Both the position numbers and the translations under genes were made by a program. 24,125 bases of DNA, from positions 1 through 24,125 of the forward strand of contig CAWGED010000016.1 of NCBI GenBank assembly GCA_963821525.1. The letters are read 5' to 3'. This stretch comes from an uncultured Gemmatimonadales bacterium. Its GTDB lineage: Bacteria > Gemmatimonadota > Gemmatimonadetes > Gemmatimonadales > GWC2-71-9. Below the pieces are notes generated by a model. That model saw nothing but the letters and a program-made list of their open reading frames with translations. It had not been told where the DNA came from and did no database searches. Shown one piece after another: positions 10,328 through 19,008 of this stretch; position 1 is the first letter of the stretch, and each line of letters opens with the position of its first letter.

Positions 10328-10777
10328 TCACAGGATCTCGTCAATTGTGTAAATGGGTCCTGTGGCGCGCCGATCGCCACTCGACACAGCGAGGAGGCGG
10401 TTCAGGAACGCGTACTTCGGGTGTCCGGTCTCGAAACGAGAGGTGGTCCGGAAGTAGTAGGTCGAGGAGTCGACGCTCTCGCCCCGCCCGAGCGCTGCGA
10501 TCACTTCCGGTGGTCCGTGGCGAAGGCCGAAGGATCTCATGTGAATCAGGGCGCCGTCATCCGTCTCGAGTGTCAGACGCAAGTCGAGCTCGAGGACGCC
10601 GTCTCCCCGGAGCAGGGTCCAATCACCGCCACCAGGCAGCACTTTTCCACGCAGCCGTGGGCCCTCGAAGTCGCCGCTTCCTATCGGTACGAAGACACGA
10701 GTACCATGAGGCGCTGCGCCGATCTTCTGTGCGCCCATGACCACGACCTGCAATGTCATCAACAGGCGGGAATCCAT
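10328..10777 (-). CDS. DUF3237 (UPF0311) family protein
   Basis: G.FEGPRLRGKVLPGGGDW..LRGDG..ELD.R.TLETDDGALI, YYFRT...FETG...YAFLN. AGGGGGTGG RBS. Confidence 0.9.
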   Translation of the reverse strand: MDSRLLMTLQVVVMGAQKIGAAPHGTRVFVPIGSGDFEGPRLRGKVLPGGGDWTLLRGDGVLELDLRLTLETDDGALIHMRSFGLRHGPPEVIAALGRGESVDSSTYYFRTTSRFETGHPKYAFLNRLLAVSSGDRRATGPIYTIDEIL

Positions 10778-10844
10778 CGGTCCACCCCCTTCTCGATTGC
10801 TTCGCCGGGTCCTCCCCGAGGGTCGGCAAGAACGGAGCCCAGAT

Positions 10845-10868
10845 GGGGTTCAAGTCCATCATCGGCCA
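10845..10868 (+). repeat. Degenerate tRNA-Val T arm and 3' end
   Basis: GGGGTTCAAGTCCATCATCGGCCA versus consensus GGGGTTCAAGTCCCTCATCGCCCA (2 mismatches). Confidence 0.75.
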
Positions 10869-10869
10869 T

Positions 10870-10968
10870 TCAGCCATCAGCCATTAGCCGTCAGATAACC
10901 GCCGTAAGCCTCAAGCCGTAAGCTGGACCAACAGGCTTACGCTATTGGTTTTCTGACGGCTGACGGCT
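10870..10968. repeat. Heptamer-repeat palindrome
   Basis: TCAGCCA TCAGCCA TTAGCCG TCAG ... CCGTAAG ... GGCTTAC ... CTGACGGCTGACGGCT. Confidence 0.7.
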
Positions 10969-10982
10969 CTCGCAGCTTACAC

Positions 10983-11330
10983 CTACCGCCGAAACACAAA
11001 GTACACCGCCCCCAGGATGCAGAGTCCCGCCCACAGATAGTCCAGCCGGATCGGCTGGCGCATGTAAAACACCGCGAACGGGACGAAGACGAGCAGCGTG
11101 ATCACTTTCTGCATGATCTTGAGTTGGCCGAGGCTCAAGGCCGTATAGCCAATACGATTGGCCGGGACCTGAAACAGGTACTCGAGGAGTGCCACGCCCC
11201 AGCTGGCGATGGCCGCGACATACCACGGGCGGCCGCTGAGGTTGCGCAGGTGAGCGTACCAGGCGAAGGTCATGAAGACATTGGAAACGACGAGCAGCCC
11301 GGAACTCTGCAGCAGGACGCGGGGGTTGAT
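10983..11330 (-). CDS. DMT family protein (DUF486-type)
   Basis: SNVFMTFAWYAHL, SWGVALLEY.FQVPANRIG, QLKIMQ.VITL.VF. The frame extends upstream to an ATC 6 nt after GGAGG, probably a miscalled ATG. Confidence 0.85.
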   Translation of the reverse strand: MNPRVLLQSSGLLVVSNVFMTFAWYAHLRNLSGRPWYVAAIASWGVALLEYLFQVPANRIGYTALSLGQLKIMQKVITLLVFVPFAVFYMRQPIRLDYLWAGLCILGAVYFVFRR

Positions 11331-11517
11331 TGGACACCTCCGAGGCTGGACGTTGGTTTGGCGATCGGGTAAGGATCCTGCGGGAACTAGGCCAGAAGCT
11401 GCAAAATCTAATTAATGCCCAGGCGACGCGAAGCTGACTGCCATTTTGTGCCGGGCTACAAGCGGCCGTCTACGGTAGATTTCGTAGTGCAAGCGCCGTT
11501 AGAGGAGTGAGCCACCA

Positions 11518-11931
11518 ATGGAGAATCGTACGATGCGCACCCTGAACATCGCCTTGGCAGGATCGGTGGCCTGCCTCGCCCTCACCGGCAGGTTGGCCGC
11601 CCAAGAGCCCACGGTCACGCCGCTCATGGCAAAAGCGCTGACCAACATTCCAGGCAAAGAAGTGGTGATGCTCACCGTCGAGTATGCGCCTGACGGAGCC
11701 GATCCGGTCCACCGGCACAACGCCAATGCGTTCGTCTACGTGCTGGAGGGCTCGATCGTGATGCAGGTGAAAGGAGGAGAGTCGGTGACGCTGCAGCCCG
11801 GTCAAACGTTCTATGAAGGCCCTGACGACGTCCATGTCGTTGGACGGAACGCCAGCAGCACCAAACCAGCCAAGTTTCTGGTGTTCCTGTTGAAGGACAA
11901 GGGCAGTCCGGCAGTAGTGCCCGTGCAATGA
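11518..11931 (+). CDS. Cupin domain protein with signal peptide
   Basis: AGAGGAG RBS. VEYAPDGADPVHRH..AFVYVLEG, FYEGPDDVH, PAKFLVF. Confidence 0.9.
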   Translation: MENRTMRTLNIALAGSVACLALTGRLAAQEPTVTPLMAKALTNIPGKEVVMLTVEYAPDGADPVHRHNANAFVYVLEGSIVMQVKGGESVTLQPGQTFYEGPDDVHVVGRNASSTKPAKFLVFLLKDKGSPAVVPVQ

Positions 11932-12004
11932 ATGAGAGCAAGCCGGTGTTACACCAGACTCATACATCACCAGCCCCGACAAGGGTTACAACAAGGTGGG
12001 TCGC

Positions 12005-12763
12005 ATGAACATCGTGGTAATCGGCGGCACCGGGCTCATCGGATCAAAGCTCGTCCGCAAACTGCGTGAGCAGGGCCACAAGGCGGTGCCGGCGTCACCG
12101 GACTCAGGCGTGAACACACTCACGGGCGAGGGCCTGGCCCAGGCCCTGAACGGTGCCGCGGTCGTCGTCGATGTATCGAACTCGCCGTCATTCGAGGATA
12201 CGGCGGTGCTGAAGTTCTTCGAGACATCGACCAGCAACATCCTCAAAGCGGAAGCGGGGGCAGGTGTCGGCCATCACGTTGCGCTGTCGGTCGTGGGAAC
12301 CGACCGCCTCTCGGAAAGCGGTTACTTCCGCGCCAAGATCGCCCAGGAGAAGCTGATCAGGGACTCGTCGATCCCCTACTCCATCGTCCATGCGACGCAG
12401 TTCTTCGAGTTCATCAAGCGAATGGCCGACGACGTGACCGTCGGGAACACGGTGAGGTTCGCACCCGTTTTGATCCAACCCATGGCAGCCGAGGATGTCG
12501 CCGGCGCGGTTGCCAGGGTCGCCGTTGGATCTCCGGTCAATGGTGTCGTTGAAGTCGCGGGGCCGGAGCAGTTCCGTCTGGACGACCTCATCCGGCGAGA
12601 CCTCAGGGAGCGCCACGATCCACGCGAAGTGGTCAGCGATCCGGAGGCGCGTTACTTCGGGGCAGAACTGGGGGAGCGCACACTCATGCCCGGCGACGAT
12701 GCCAGCCTCGGCGAAACCCGCTTGGAAGACTGGCTGCACCAGTCTCTGGTCTCGAAGCCCTAG
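12005..12763 (+). CDS. NmrA-like/atypical SDR NAD(P)-binding oxidoreductase
   Basis: MNIVVIGGTGLIG Rossmann motif, HHVALSVVG, YFRAK..QE, ATQFFEF. Confidence 0.9.
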   Translation: MNIVVIGGTGLIGSKLVRKLREQGHKAVPASPDSGVNTLTGEGLAQALNGAAVVVDVSNSPSFEDTAVLKFFETSTSNILKAEAGAGVGHHVALSVVGTDRLSESGYFRAKIAQEKLIRDSSIPYSIVHATQFFEFIKRMADDVTVGNTVRFAPVLIQPMAAEDVAGAVARVAVGSPVNGVVEVAGPEQFRLDDLIRRDLRERHDPREVVSDPEARYFGAELGERTLMPGDDASLGETRLEDWLHQSLVSKP

Positions 12764-12835
12764 ACGCCTGATCACCCCGCCGCTCACCGAGCGGCGGGCC
12801 CCAACAATCGCTACTCCGAGAGGGGAAGGGCACCG

Positions 12836-13424
12836 ATGGGCACGGATCGGCTGGAATTCTTCAGCGATGGAATGTTGGCGATCATCATCACCATCATGGT
12901 TCTCGAGCTGCGCGCGCCCGAAGGAGCCGACCTCGCCGCCCTGCGCCCCCTGGTGCCCGTGCTACTGAGCTACGTACTCAGCTTCATCTATCTCGGGATC
13001 TATTGGAACAACCATCACTACATGCTGCACGTCCACTCACCGAGTGACCGGGTCGATTCTCTGGGCCAATCTGCACCTGCTGTTCTGGCTGTCGCTGGTG
13101 CCGTTCGTAACGAGATGGATGGGCGAAAATCACTTCGCCGCGGTCCCTACGGCACTCTACGGCACGGTGCTCCTCATGGCTGGGATTGCCTACCTGATTT
13201 TACAGCGGGAGATTCTGCGCGCAGAGGGGCCGCACTCTGTCCTGGCCGCGGCGGTGGGTCGGGACACCAAGGGGAAGCTCTCGGTGCTGCTCTACCTCCT
13301 GGCTATCGGCGCGGCGTTCATACATCCCCAGATTGCCGATGGGCTGTATGTGCTGGGGGCGCTCATGTGGCTGATTCCTGATCGTCGCATCGAGCGGGCG
13401 ATGGCCCAAGCAGCCGGGAGATAG
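12836..13424 (+). CDS. TMEM175 (DUF1211) family potassium channel, frameshift near 13035
   Basis: RLE.FSDG.LAIIITIMVLEL signature and YWNNHH. Continues in ORF 13044..13424 (LWANLHLLFWLSL.PF, WLIPDRRIE). Confidence 0.88.
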
Positions 13425-13425
13425 A

Positions 13426-13625
13426 CGAACCGACCTGCAGCACCACGATCTCGACGCTCCCCGACGCGAGCCCGTCCAGGTACGCGTCAACTTCGACCCG
13501 GATATGTCTCTCCGAAGCACACCGATCCAGGAGGGGAGACGATCTATGTTCTTAAAGGCACGCTGGAGTATCAGATCGGGCACGCCGCCAGCGACGTATA
13601 GGGCGACGTCCTCCTCGTCCCGGAC
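13426..13625 (+). pseudogene. Decayed cupin gene fragment
   Basis: RTDLQHHDLDAPRREPVQVRVNFDP, a frameshift, then KHTDPGGETIYVLKGTLEYQI..*GDVLLVP. No start codon, internal stop, ends at a tRNA 3' scar. Confidence 0.65.
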
Positions 13626-13631
13626 GGAGCG

Positions 13632-13685
13632 ATCGCCCATTGCCCCACAGAAAGCCCCGCGAAATGTTGCGGGGCTCTTTTCTTT
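13632..13685 (+). terminator. tRNA-Val acceptor 3' scar (ATCGCCCA) plus terminator hairpin
   Basis: ATCGCCCA at 13632-13639, then AGAAAGCCCCGCGA-aatg-TTGCGGGGCTCTTTT, homologous to 16-47. Confidence 0.65.
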
Positions 13686-13726
13686 GCAGGGTGCCGGCAA
13701 AGCCGCGAGGTCGTGACCAGCGTATC

Positions 13727-13804
13727 AGCCAACATGGATGGCGTAGGTTCCCGCCCGACTCGACGCCGCGAGATCCAATAATCACACCGGTCAGCATGCT
13801 AGGC
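13727..13804 (-). mobile_element. Possible degenerate attC site
   Basis: Minus strand GCCTAGCATG...CATGTTGGC resembles decayed R''/R' boxes just downstream of a cassette-like ORF. Internal pairing is weak. Confidence 0.25.
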
Positions 13805-13832
13805 GTGAATTTCCCGAATCCGGCGGTTGGGA

Positions 13833-14378
13833 TCAGAAGCGAAGCCGCAACAGGGTCACTTGTTGGCCACTCGCCTGCCTCTCCTTTGCCTTCTTGTTGA
13901 TTCGGGACGCCGAGATGGGCGCGTCAATCTGAGATCCGAGTGAGGAGGCCACCCAGATGCCCAGACCCACATCGTTAGTGGTGCAATCGCCGGAACATTG
14001 GAAGCCACCGTTGGAGGCGGCCATCGCAAAACCGATCGCGCCTGCTCCAAAGAAGAGGGCGGCTTTGGTCCATTGGCCGTTATAGGCTTGGCCGCCACCG
14101 GATATGAGCCAGCTCAAGAACCAGGCGAGGACGGGCGACTTATGAACCGGCTTGGTCTCAGCGTGAGGGGGAAGGCCCGCTGTAGGCAGGGGACTCGGGA
14201 AGTCGGAACGGGGCGTATCCGGACGGAGCGCGAGCGCCGAGGTAGTCGAGTCGGTCCACTGCGCAAGCAAGTGAATTCGGGCCGTCGATGTCACTGCTAT
14301 GTCTTGTTGGGCATGTACTACTACTTGCAGGGCCGGCAGTAGGCCTGCAAGCAGGGGCACGAGAAGGGAGCGCATCAT
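13833..14378 (-). CDS. Exported/membrane hypothetical protein with TM2-like motif (candidate cassette ORF)
   Basis: GGAGG RBS, signal peptide, KSPVLAWFLSWLISGGGQAYNGQWTKA, C-terminal LLRLRF. Confidence 0.7.
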   Translation of the reverse strand: MMRSLLVPLLAGLLPALQVVVHAQQDIAVTSTARIHLLAQWTDSTTSALALRPDTPRSDFPSPLPTAGLPPHAETKPVHKSPVLAWFLSWLISGGGQAYNGQWTKAALFFGAGAIGFAMAASNGGFQCSGDCTTNDVGLGIWVASSLGSQIDAPISASRINKKAKERQASGQQVTLLRLRF

Positions 14379-14511
14379 ACGACCTCCCCGAGTTGAGTCC
14401 AGCGGTGAGTGCGACTGGCTCAGAAGCTATGACCTGAGGCCTGAAAGCGTGATGAAGCGCGAATGACGGTTGGCTGCGGTCTCGCGCGGGACGCCAGACA
14501 CGGGCTTGCTC

Positions 14512-15963
14512 CTAACGACTGATCGCGTCTGAACTCGGCTGCCGTGCAGGATCGCGCATACTCCCACCGGCGCGGTGCTCGCGCTTCTGCATATACATTG
14601 CCGCGTCGGCACGCTCCACGAGTTTGACGAATGTCTCGTCGGAGTCCATCAGCGACGTCGCACGGCCGACGCTAAAGCTGATGCGATAGGGCTTCTCGCC
14701 TGACTGGTTGATGGCATCAGTAACCGTTTGCAACCGATGCAGTCGCGGCGTCAGGTCGTCATCACTATCGTGCGCGAACACGGCAAACTCGTCACCGCCC
14801 AGGCGCCCGACGACGTCACTGGTACGGAAGTTCGAGCGTAGCAGCGTCGCCACGTCGCGTAGAAGCTCTGAACCGACATCGTGGCCGAGCGTGTCGTTCA
14901 CCTGCTTGAGCTCATCCACGTCGAAGTACAACACGGTCACCGGCTTCGTGCTGCGCCGAGCATCGCGCATGGCCTGCTCGCCGAGGAGATAGAAGCCGCG
15001 CCGATTGTGCAGTCCCGTCAGCTCGTCGGACAACGATTGACTGCGCAGGTCTTCCTCCAGTCGGTTGATTTGCGCCGCCAGCAGGACAACCACTCCGAGC
15101 AGGACTATGGCCATGCTCGATGCCGTGATGGCGGCGGCATAGGGGAGCGTCACCGTTCCAGAGGCCAACAGGTTGGCGCCGCCCAGGATGAAACTGAAAG
15201 CGAGCAGGACCGCGAGCGGAAGAACGAGACGCGCGAACCTGCTGCCGATGCCGATTCCCACCAATGACGCGAACGCTCCATACGGAGCGCGCCGGCTGGT
15301 TACGACGAAGGTGAGGAGCGCCACACATATCAACGTCTGCGGCGACATGCGCAGCGTCGGCGTAGGACCGACGAACGCGCTCGCATTGAAGACGTATCCG
15401 GCGGTGAGCACGAGTATGAATGAGACGAGAAGAACGCTGAGCGCGTCCAACACTGCGCCTAACGGGCCCCTCCGGGAGACGTCGATGAGCATCGCAACGC
15501 CGAGTAGAGCCAGGCTGATCGCTGACTGCAGTGACATCAAACCTGGCCGCACGACGTCGCGATCGGACGCGAGCAGAGTGCTGACGGCCGTGCTGTGAGC
15601 GCTCCAGTGTTCGAACATCGCGGAGCCGGCAATCCCGATGACTACCCCAGCGAAGACGCGGCCGAGGATGATCCATTTCGTGTTCTGCTTGGGCCGTGCG
15701 AGCGCGAGACCTGCGGCGATGAGGACGACCGAGAGCGCGGTGTTCGCCTTCATCAACGACCACGCGCTCGGCCACATGACTGCGAGACCGGGGATCAGCC
15801 AACCAGTCAGCACCAGCCCCGCAAGGGACCCAGAGAGAGCAAGCGCGACCTTCTCCGCCACACGCAGCTGGTCAAGGACGACAGGGTCCGGATGCAGCGA
15901 CGCGGCGAAACGTGGCTTGCGGGTCGGAGAGTCCATTGCAACCATGATATTTCGTCCCGCCAT
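14512..15963 (-). CDS. Membrane-bound diguanylate cyclase (multi-TM sensor + GGDEF)
   Basis: Multiple hydrophobic helices, DELTGLHNRRGF, DVDELKQVNDTLGH, RTSD I-site, RLGGDEF, ADAAMY. The ATG directly follows the attC R' box. Confidence 0.92.
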   Translation of the reverse strand: MAGRNIMVAMDSPTRKPRFAASLHPDPVVLDQLRVAEKVALALSGSLAGLVLTGWLIPGLAVMWPSAWSLMKANTALSVVLIAAGLALARPKQNTKWIILGRVFAGVVIGIAGSAMFEHWSAHSTAVSTLLASDRDVVRPGLMSLQSAISLALLGVAMLIDVSRRGPLGAVLDALSVLLVSFILVLTAGYVFNASAFVGPTPTLRMSPQTLICVALLTFVVTSRRAPYGAFASLVGIGIGSRFARLVLPLAVLLAFSFILGGANLLASGTVTLPYAAAITASSMAIVLLGVVVLLAAQINRLEEDLRSQSLSDELTGLHNRRGFYLLGEQAMRDARRSTKPVTVLYFDVDELKQVNDTLGHDVGSELLRDVATLLRSNFRTSDVVGRLGGDEFAVFAHDSDDDLTPRLHRLQTVTDAINQSGEKPYRISFSVGRATSLMDSDETFVKLVERADAAMYMQKREHRAGGSMRDPARQPSSDAISR

Positions 15964-16046
15964 GCCTAACCCTACTGTCGTTCGGAGCGGGACTTGCTTG
16001 GCGTTAGTGCTTTGCGTGTCGCATCGCGGTCAGTAATGGGTTACCA
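15964..16046 (-). mobile_element. attC site
   Basis: Minus strand TGGTAAC-CCATTACTG...CAGTAGG-GTTAGGC. The upstream gene's TAA overlaps the R'' box. Imperfect hairpin, canonical R', non-canonical R''. Confidence 0.6.
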
Positions 16047-16613
16047 CGACATCACCACGCCTACGACAAGGTGCCCGACGGACCGATGGAGCTGCGCGCT
16101 GACATACGGTCGCGGCACCTGCTCCCAGCGCTCGCTGTGCGACGCTGCCCCGATTAGGGCACCCAGGCCCGCCCCCGTCGCCCCGAAAAATGCCATGACT
16201 GCCACTACCTCGCCCGGGCCCACCTCGGTGCAGCCGATACCAGAGCACTCCTCCGCCGACGCCGCGACGCCTAAGGCGAGCCCTGCCCCGGCACCGATAG
16301 CCAATCCCAGGAGCGCTCCCTTGCCCGCATTGGATCGTCGCCCCCGACTCACCTCGAGGCGGTCGATAGCGCCGGTGGCGAATGCCAAGGAATCAGCCCC
16401 ACCTGCGGGGACGATATGCAGGGAGTCCTCGCTCAAGCGCACCAGGTCGCCCTGCACCCACTTCGTGCTCGGATCAACAGTCTTAAGACGCACGCGAGAA
16501 CCCGCAGTCAGCAGCACCGGTGCTTGCGAGAGGGCAAGCGGCGGAGAGCCAGTGAGCAGCATGTCGAGGAGTAGGCAGATCACAGACCAGCCCGACCATC
16601 GAATTCGTGGCAT
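16041..16613 (-). CDS. Secreted hypothetical protein with glycine-zipper-like segments (cassette ORF)
   Basis: AAGGAGG RBS, signal peptide, GSRVR, IDRLEVSRG, GALLGLAIGAGAG, GAGLGALIG...ERWE. Bounded by attC sites. Confidence 0.75.
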   Translation of the reverse strand: MPRIRWSGWSVICLLLDMLLTGSPPLALSQAPVLLTAGSRVRLKTVDPSTKWVQGDLVRLSEDSLHIVPAGGADSLAFATGAIDRLEVSRGRRSNAGKGALLGLAIGAGAGLALGVAASAEECSGIGCTEVGPGEVVAVMAFFGATGAGLGALIGAASHSERWEQVPRPYVSAQLHRSVGHLVVGVVMSW

Positions 16614-16653
16614 GCAGGCACCCTCCTTGGCACAGCGCGCGCACGCGGGTGCC

Positions 16654-16764
16654 GCCTAACGCCCGGAGTTTAGCTGCGGCGCACCAATAATGAATGCCGC
16701 CCGCGAGCGAAGCGAGCAGGCCGCGACCGCAGCGAGCGCCGTCAGCTACAACCCCTCGTTGGAC
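16654..16764 (-). mobile_element. attC site (integron cassette recombination site)
   Basis: Minus strand GTCCAAC (RYYYAAC) 6 nt after the stop, inner TTGTAGCTGACGGCGC/GCGCCGCAGCTAAA pairing, ending in GTTAGGC (GTTRRRY). 111 bp. Confidence 0.88.
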
Positions 16765-16770
16765 GGGCGC

Positions 16771-17235
16771 TTAACGTGAGTCAACGCCTCTACCCGTCGC
16801 GTTGTTTGTGCCCTTCTCCAATGCGAAGCGAAGGTTCTCGAAGGAACGACGCACTCGGAGTCTGAGGAGCGGGTGCAGCAACGGCCCAAGGGCACGCCAG
16901 ATTCCTCGCGGGCTCCATTCGACCCGGCCCCGAAAGAGCGTCTCACCGTCCAGCGAGTCAAAGTCACCGACGTAGCGGTACGGCGCCTTGCCGACGAACC
17001 CCTCAATCACTAGATGCCGCGGCCTGTCGTACTCCACGAGTTGCCAGGTAGCAGTGCCGAAGCCTGGGTGCCTGCCTTCGAATGTCGTTCCCTGGCCGAT
17101 TGGCGGAGGCGACGTCATCCGCACGTCGTGGACGTGTGCATGATTCCACTCGGGTTCGTTGCGCAGGTCTGCGAAGAAATCGAACGCGGCTTCTGGTGAC
17201 CTGGCGATGCGTGTCTCGTGCTCAGATTTGACCAC
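16771..17235 (-). CDS. SRPBCC (polyketide cyclase/START-like) family protein (cassette ORF)
   Basis: IARSPEAAFDFFADLRNEPEWN, PIGQGTTF, EYDRP. Likely GTG start at 17235. Confidence 0.8.
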   Translation of the reverse strand: MVKSEHETRIARSPEAAFDFFADLRNEPEWNHAHVHDVRMTSPPPIGQGTTFEGRHPGFGTATWQLVEYDRPRHLVIEGFVGKAPYRYVGDFDSLDGETLFRGRVEWSPRGIWRALGPLLHPLLRLRVRRSFENLRFALEKGTNNATGRGVDSR

Positions 17236-17265
17236 CGCTAACTTCCCCCCAAGGAGCCTCGCTCC

Positions 17266-17287
17266 GTCCAACTATCCATTAAGCTGC
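17266..17287 (-). mobile_element. Right half of a truncated attC site
   Basis: Minus strand GCAGCTTAATGGATA-GTTGGAC parallels GCAGCTAAACTCCGGGC-GTTAGGC of the full attC. No left half is present. Confidence 0.6.
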
Positions 17288-17419
17288 AAATCGTAAGACA
17301 AGCATCAACCCCTGGGTCCGCGCGGCGCGAAGGGCCTCCAGCACGGCCGGGAGAGCGCGGTCATTCCGGGTCAAGGTCCCGTCGTAATCGACCGCGATCG
17401 CGCGAAACAAGTTGCCCAT
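17279..17419 (-). pseudogene. Truncated HAD-superfamily (Cof-type) hydrolase N-terminus
   Basis: GAAGGGAG RBS. Translation MGNLFRAIAVDYDGTLTRNDRALPAVLEALRAARTQGLMLVLRFAA*. Has motif I DxDGT and is cut just before the expected TGR motif II. Confidence 0.75.
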
Positions 17420-17523
17420 CGTGACAGCTCCCTTCGGACCCCGTTGATTCGCCGGTGGAGCGACGGAACTTCACATCGATCGCGAATAACGCCGGGGCGA
17501 TCGTGTGGAGCGTGAGTGCGCCC

Positions 17524-18717
17524 CTACCGGAACCGAAGGAGGGCCGCCAGACCGTCGACCTCGGCCGCCATTTTCCGGTCGTCGATCACCTCCACCTCGA
17601 CTCCCTGGTTGAGCGCCTCCTCGACGGCTTCGCTCACCAGATCGGGAACCGGGATCGGAACACCCTCGCCCCGGCAGTCGCTGCTGGCCAAGACCAATCG
17701 CCCGGACTGGCCACAGCGGTGGCCACCACCGGTCTGACCGGCTGGCACTATGAGCACTCTCACCTGCCCGCGGTTCAGGGCCCGGAGGGTTGGACGGACG
17801 CCATTCACGGCCCAACCAACTCCCATCCCCTGCTCCACCGCGGCCATGACCGCAGCCTCGTGAGAACGTTCCCACACAGCCCGAAGCTTTAGCACGGCTT
17901 CCCGCACTGCCACCGGCGTCGCCGCTGTCGGGTTCAGCGGCAGCGTCCCGAGCACTCGGGAGGCGATCGACCGGGAGAGGAACCGCTGCTGCTCCGCCAC
18001 GGTGCGAGATGGCCCCGCCAGGACGATCCCCTGGTACTGCCGCTCTCCTACAAGCCGCTCGAGGTGGCGGGCCACCGCGGCGGCGTGCCGGCGTCGCTCC
18101 TCCTGGATGCGGTTGTGGAAATCCCGTTCACCCCACCCGGGAGAGTCCTCCCGGTCGCTATGGTACTTGCCGCCCCGGGTAGCCGGCAGCGTCAGCCCGG
18201 ACAACTCGTTCACCTCAAACGCGGTCATCTCAATGAACCTGCAGTGCGTCCGATCGACGAGCGCCACAAGTATCCGGCCAAATCGTTCGACCGTGGCGCG
18301 TGCCTCGGCCAGTCGCGGCCGGTCGCCGAGGAGGAGCCGGGTCTCCAGAGCTCGGGGGAGCGGCAGCAACTGGAACAGGTTGAGGGACTCACTGGCCAAG
18401 AGCACTAATCCCGGACTGTGCGGCAGGGTCGAGGCATTGTTGAGCTGAGCCTCCACCCTCGCCAGGTCACGATGCAGCGCCTCGCGATCAGTGTGGGTAA
18501 GGCCCAATTGATCCACTACCTCCCGAGCACGCCGGATGGCATCGTGCCCGGCGAGGCGGTACTGGTTGCGGACACGGGCTTCCCCATCGAGGCGCAGGTA
18601 GAACGTCACGACCAGTGGCCCGACAGCATGCAAACGACCGAGGCCCTGGAGCAGCTCTAGCGACTCCCCCGGGGCAGGCAACTTGGTAGCCGGTGGAAGC
18701 AAATCGACGGTGGTCAC
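17524..18717 (-). CDS. Bacterial archaeo-eukaryotic release factor (baeRF1/eRF1-pelota-like) family protein
   Basis: VVTFYL, LVALVDRTHCR, GWGERDFHNRIQE...H, IVLAGP, AVNG..PTL.AL..GQV..L, C-terminal GLAALLRF. Likely GTG start after AAAGGA. Confidence 0.8.
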   Translation of the reverse strand: MTTVDLLPPATKLPAPGESLELLQGLGRLHAVGPLVVTFYLRLDGEARVRNQYRLAGHDAIRRAREVVDQLGLTHTDREALHRDLARVEAQLNNASTLPHSPGLVLLASESLNLFQLLPLPRALETRLLLGDRPRLAEARATVERFGRILVALVDRTHCRFIEMTAFEVNELSGLTLPATRGGKYHSDREDSPGWGERDFHNRIQEERRRHAAAVARHLERLVGERQYQGIVLAGPSRTVAEQQRFLSRSIASRVLGTLPLNPTAATPVAVREAVLKLRAVWERSHEAAVMAAVEQGMGVGWAVNGVRPTLRALNRGQVRVLIVPAGQTGGGHRCGQSGRLVLASSDCRGEGVPIPVPDLVSEAVEEALNQGVEVEVIDDRKMAAEVDGLAALLRFR

Positions 18718-19008
18718 GGGAGGGTTCCTTTCAGCCTGAGGCAGCAGCATCTGCACACTTCAAGCTGGCATCACGGGACTGAACCCAGTCTGAGCATCGT
18801 ATGAAGGAGAGTTCAGAGGCGCGTTCGGTACGCGGCTGCATTTCCATTGGAGCCACACGGCGGTACGAAGGCTGCGGGAGTGCCAGCCAACCTCTCGCAC
18901 TCGATTCATGCTGGCTTCACCACCGAGCAAATACAATGGGAGGACCGGCAGACAGCCCTCGTCGTTCGCAGAAGTGATCGAGTGATGACATGAGAGACAG
19001 GAGGCCTT

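Noticed and set aside
11328..11330. Non-canonical ATC start codon for the DMT gene
   Set aside because: A single miscalled base (ATG) is more likely given the local error rate.
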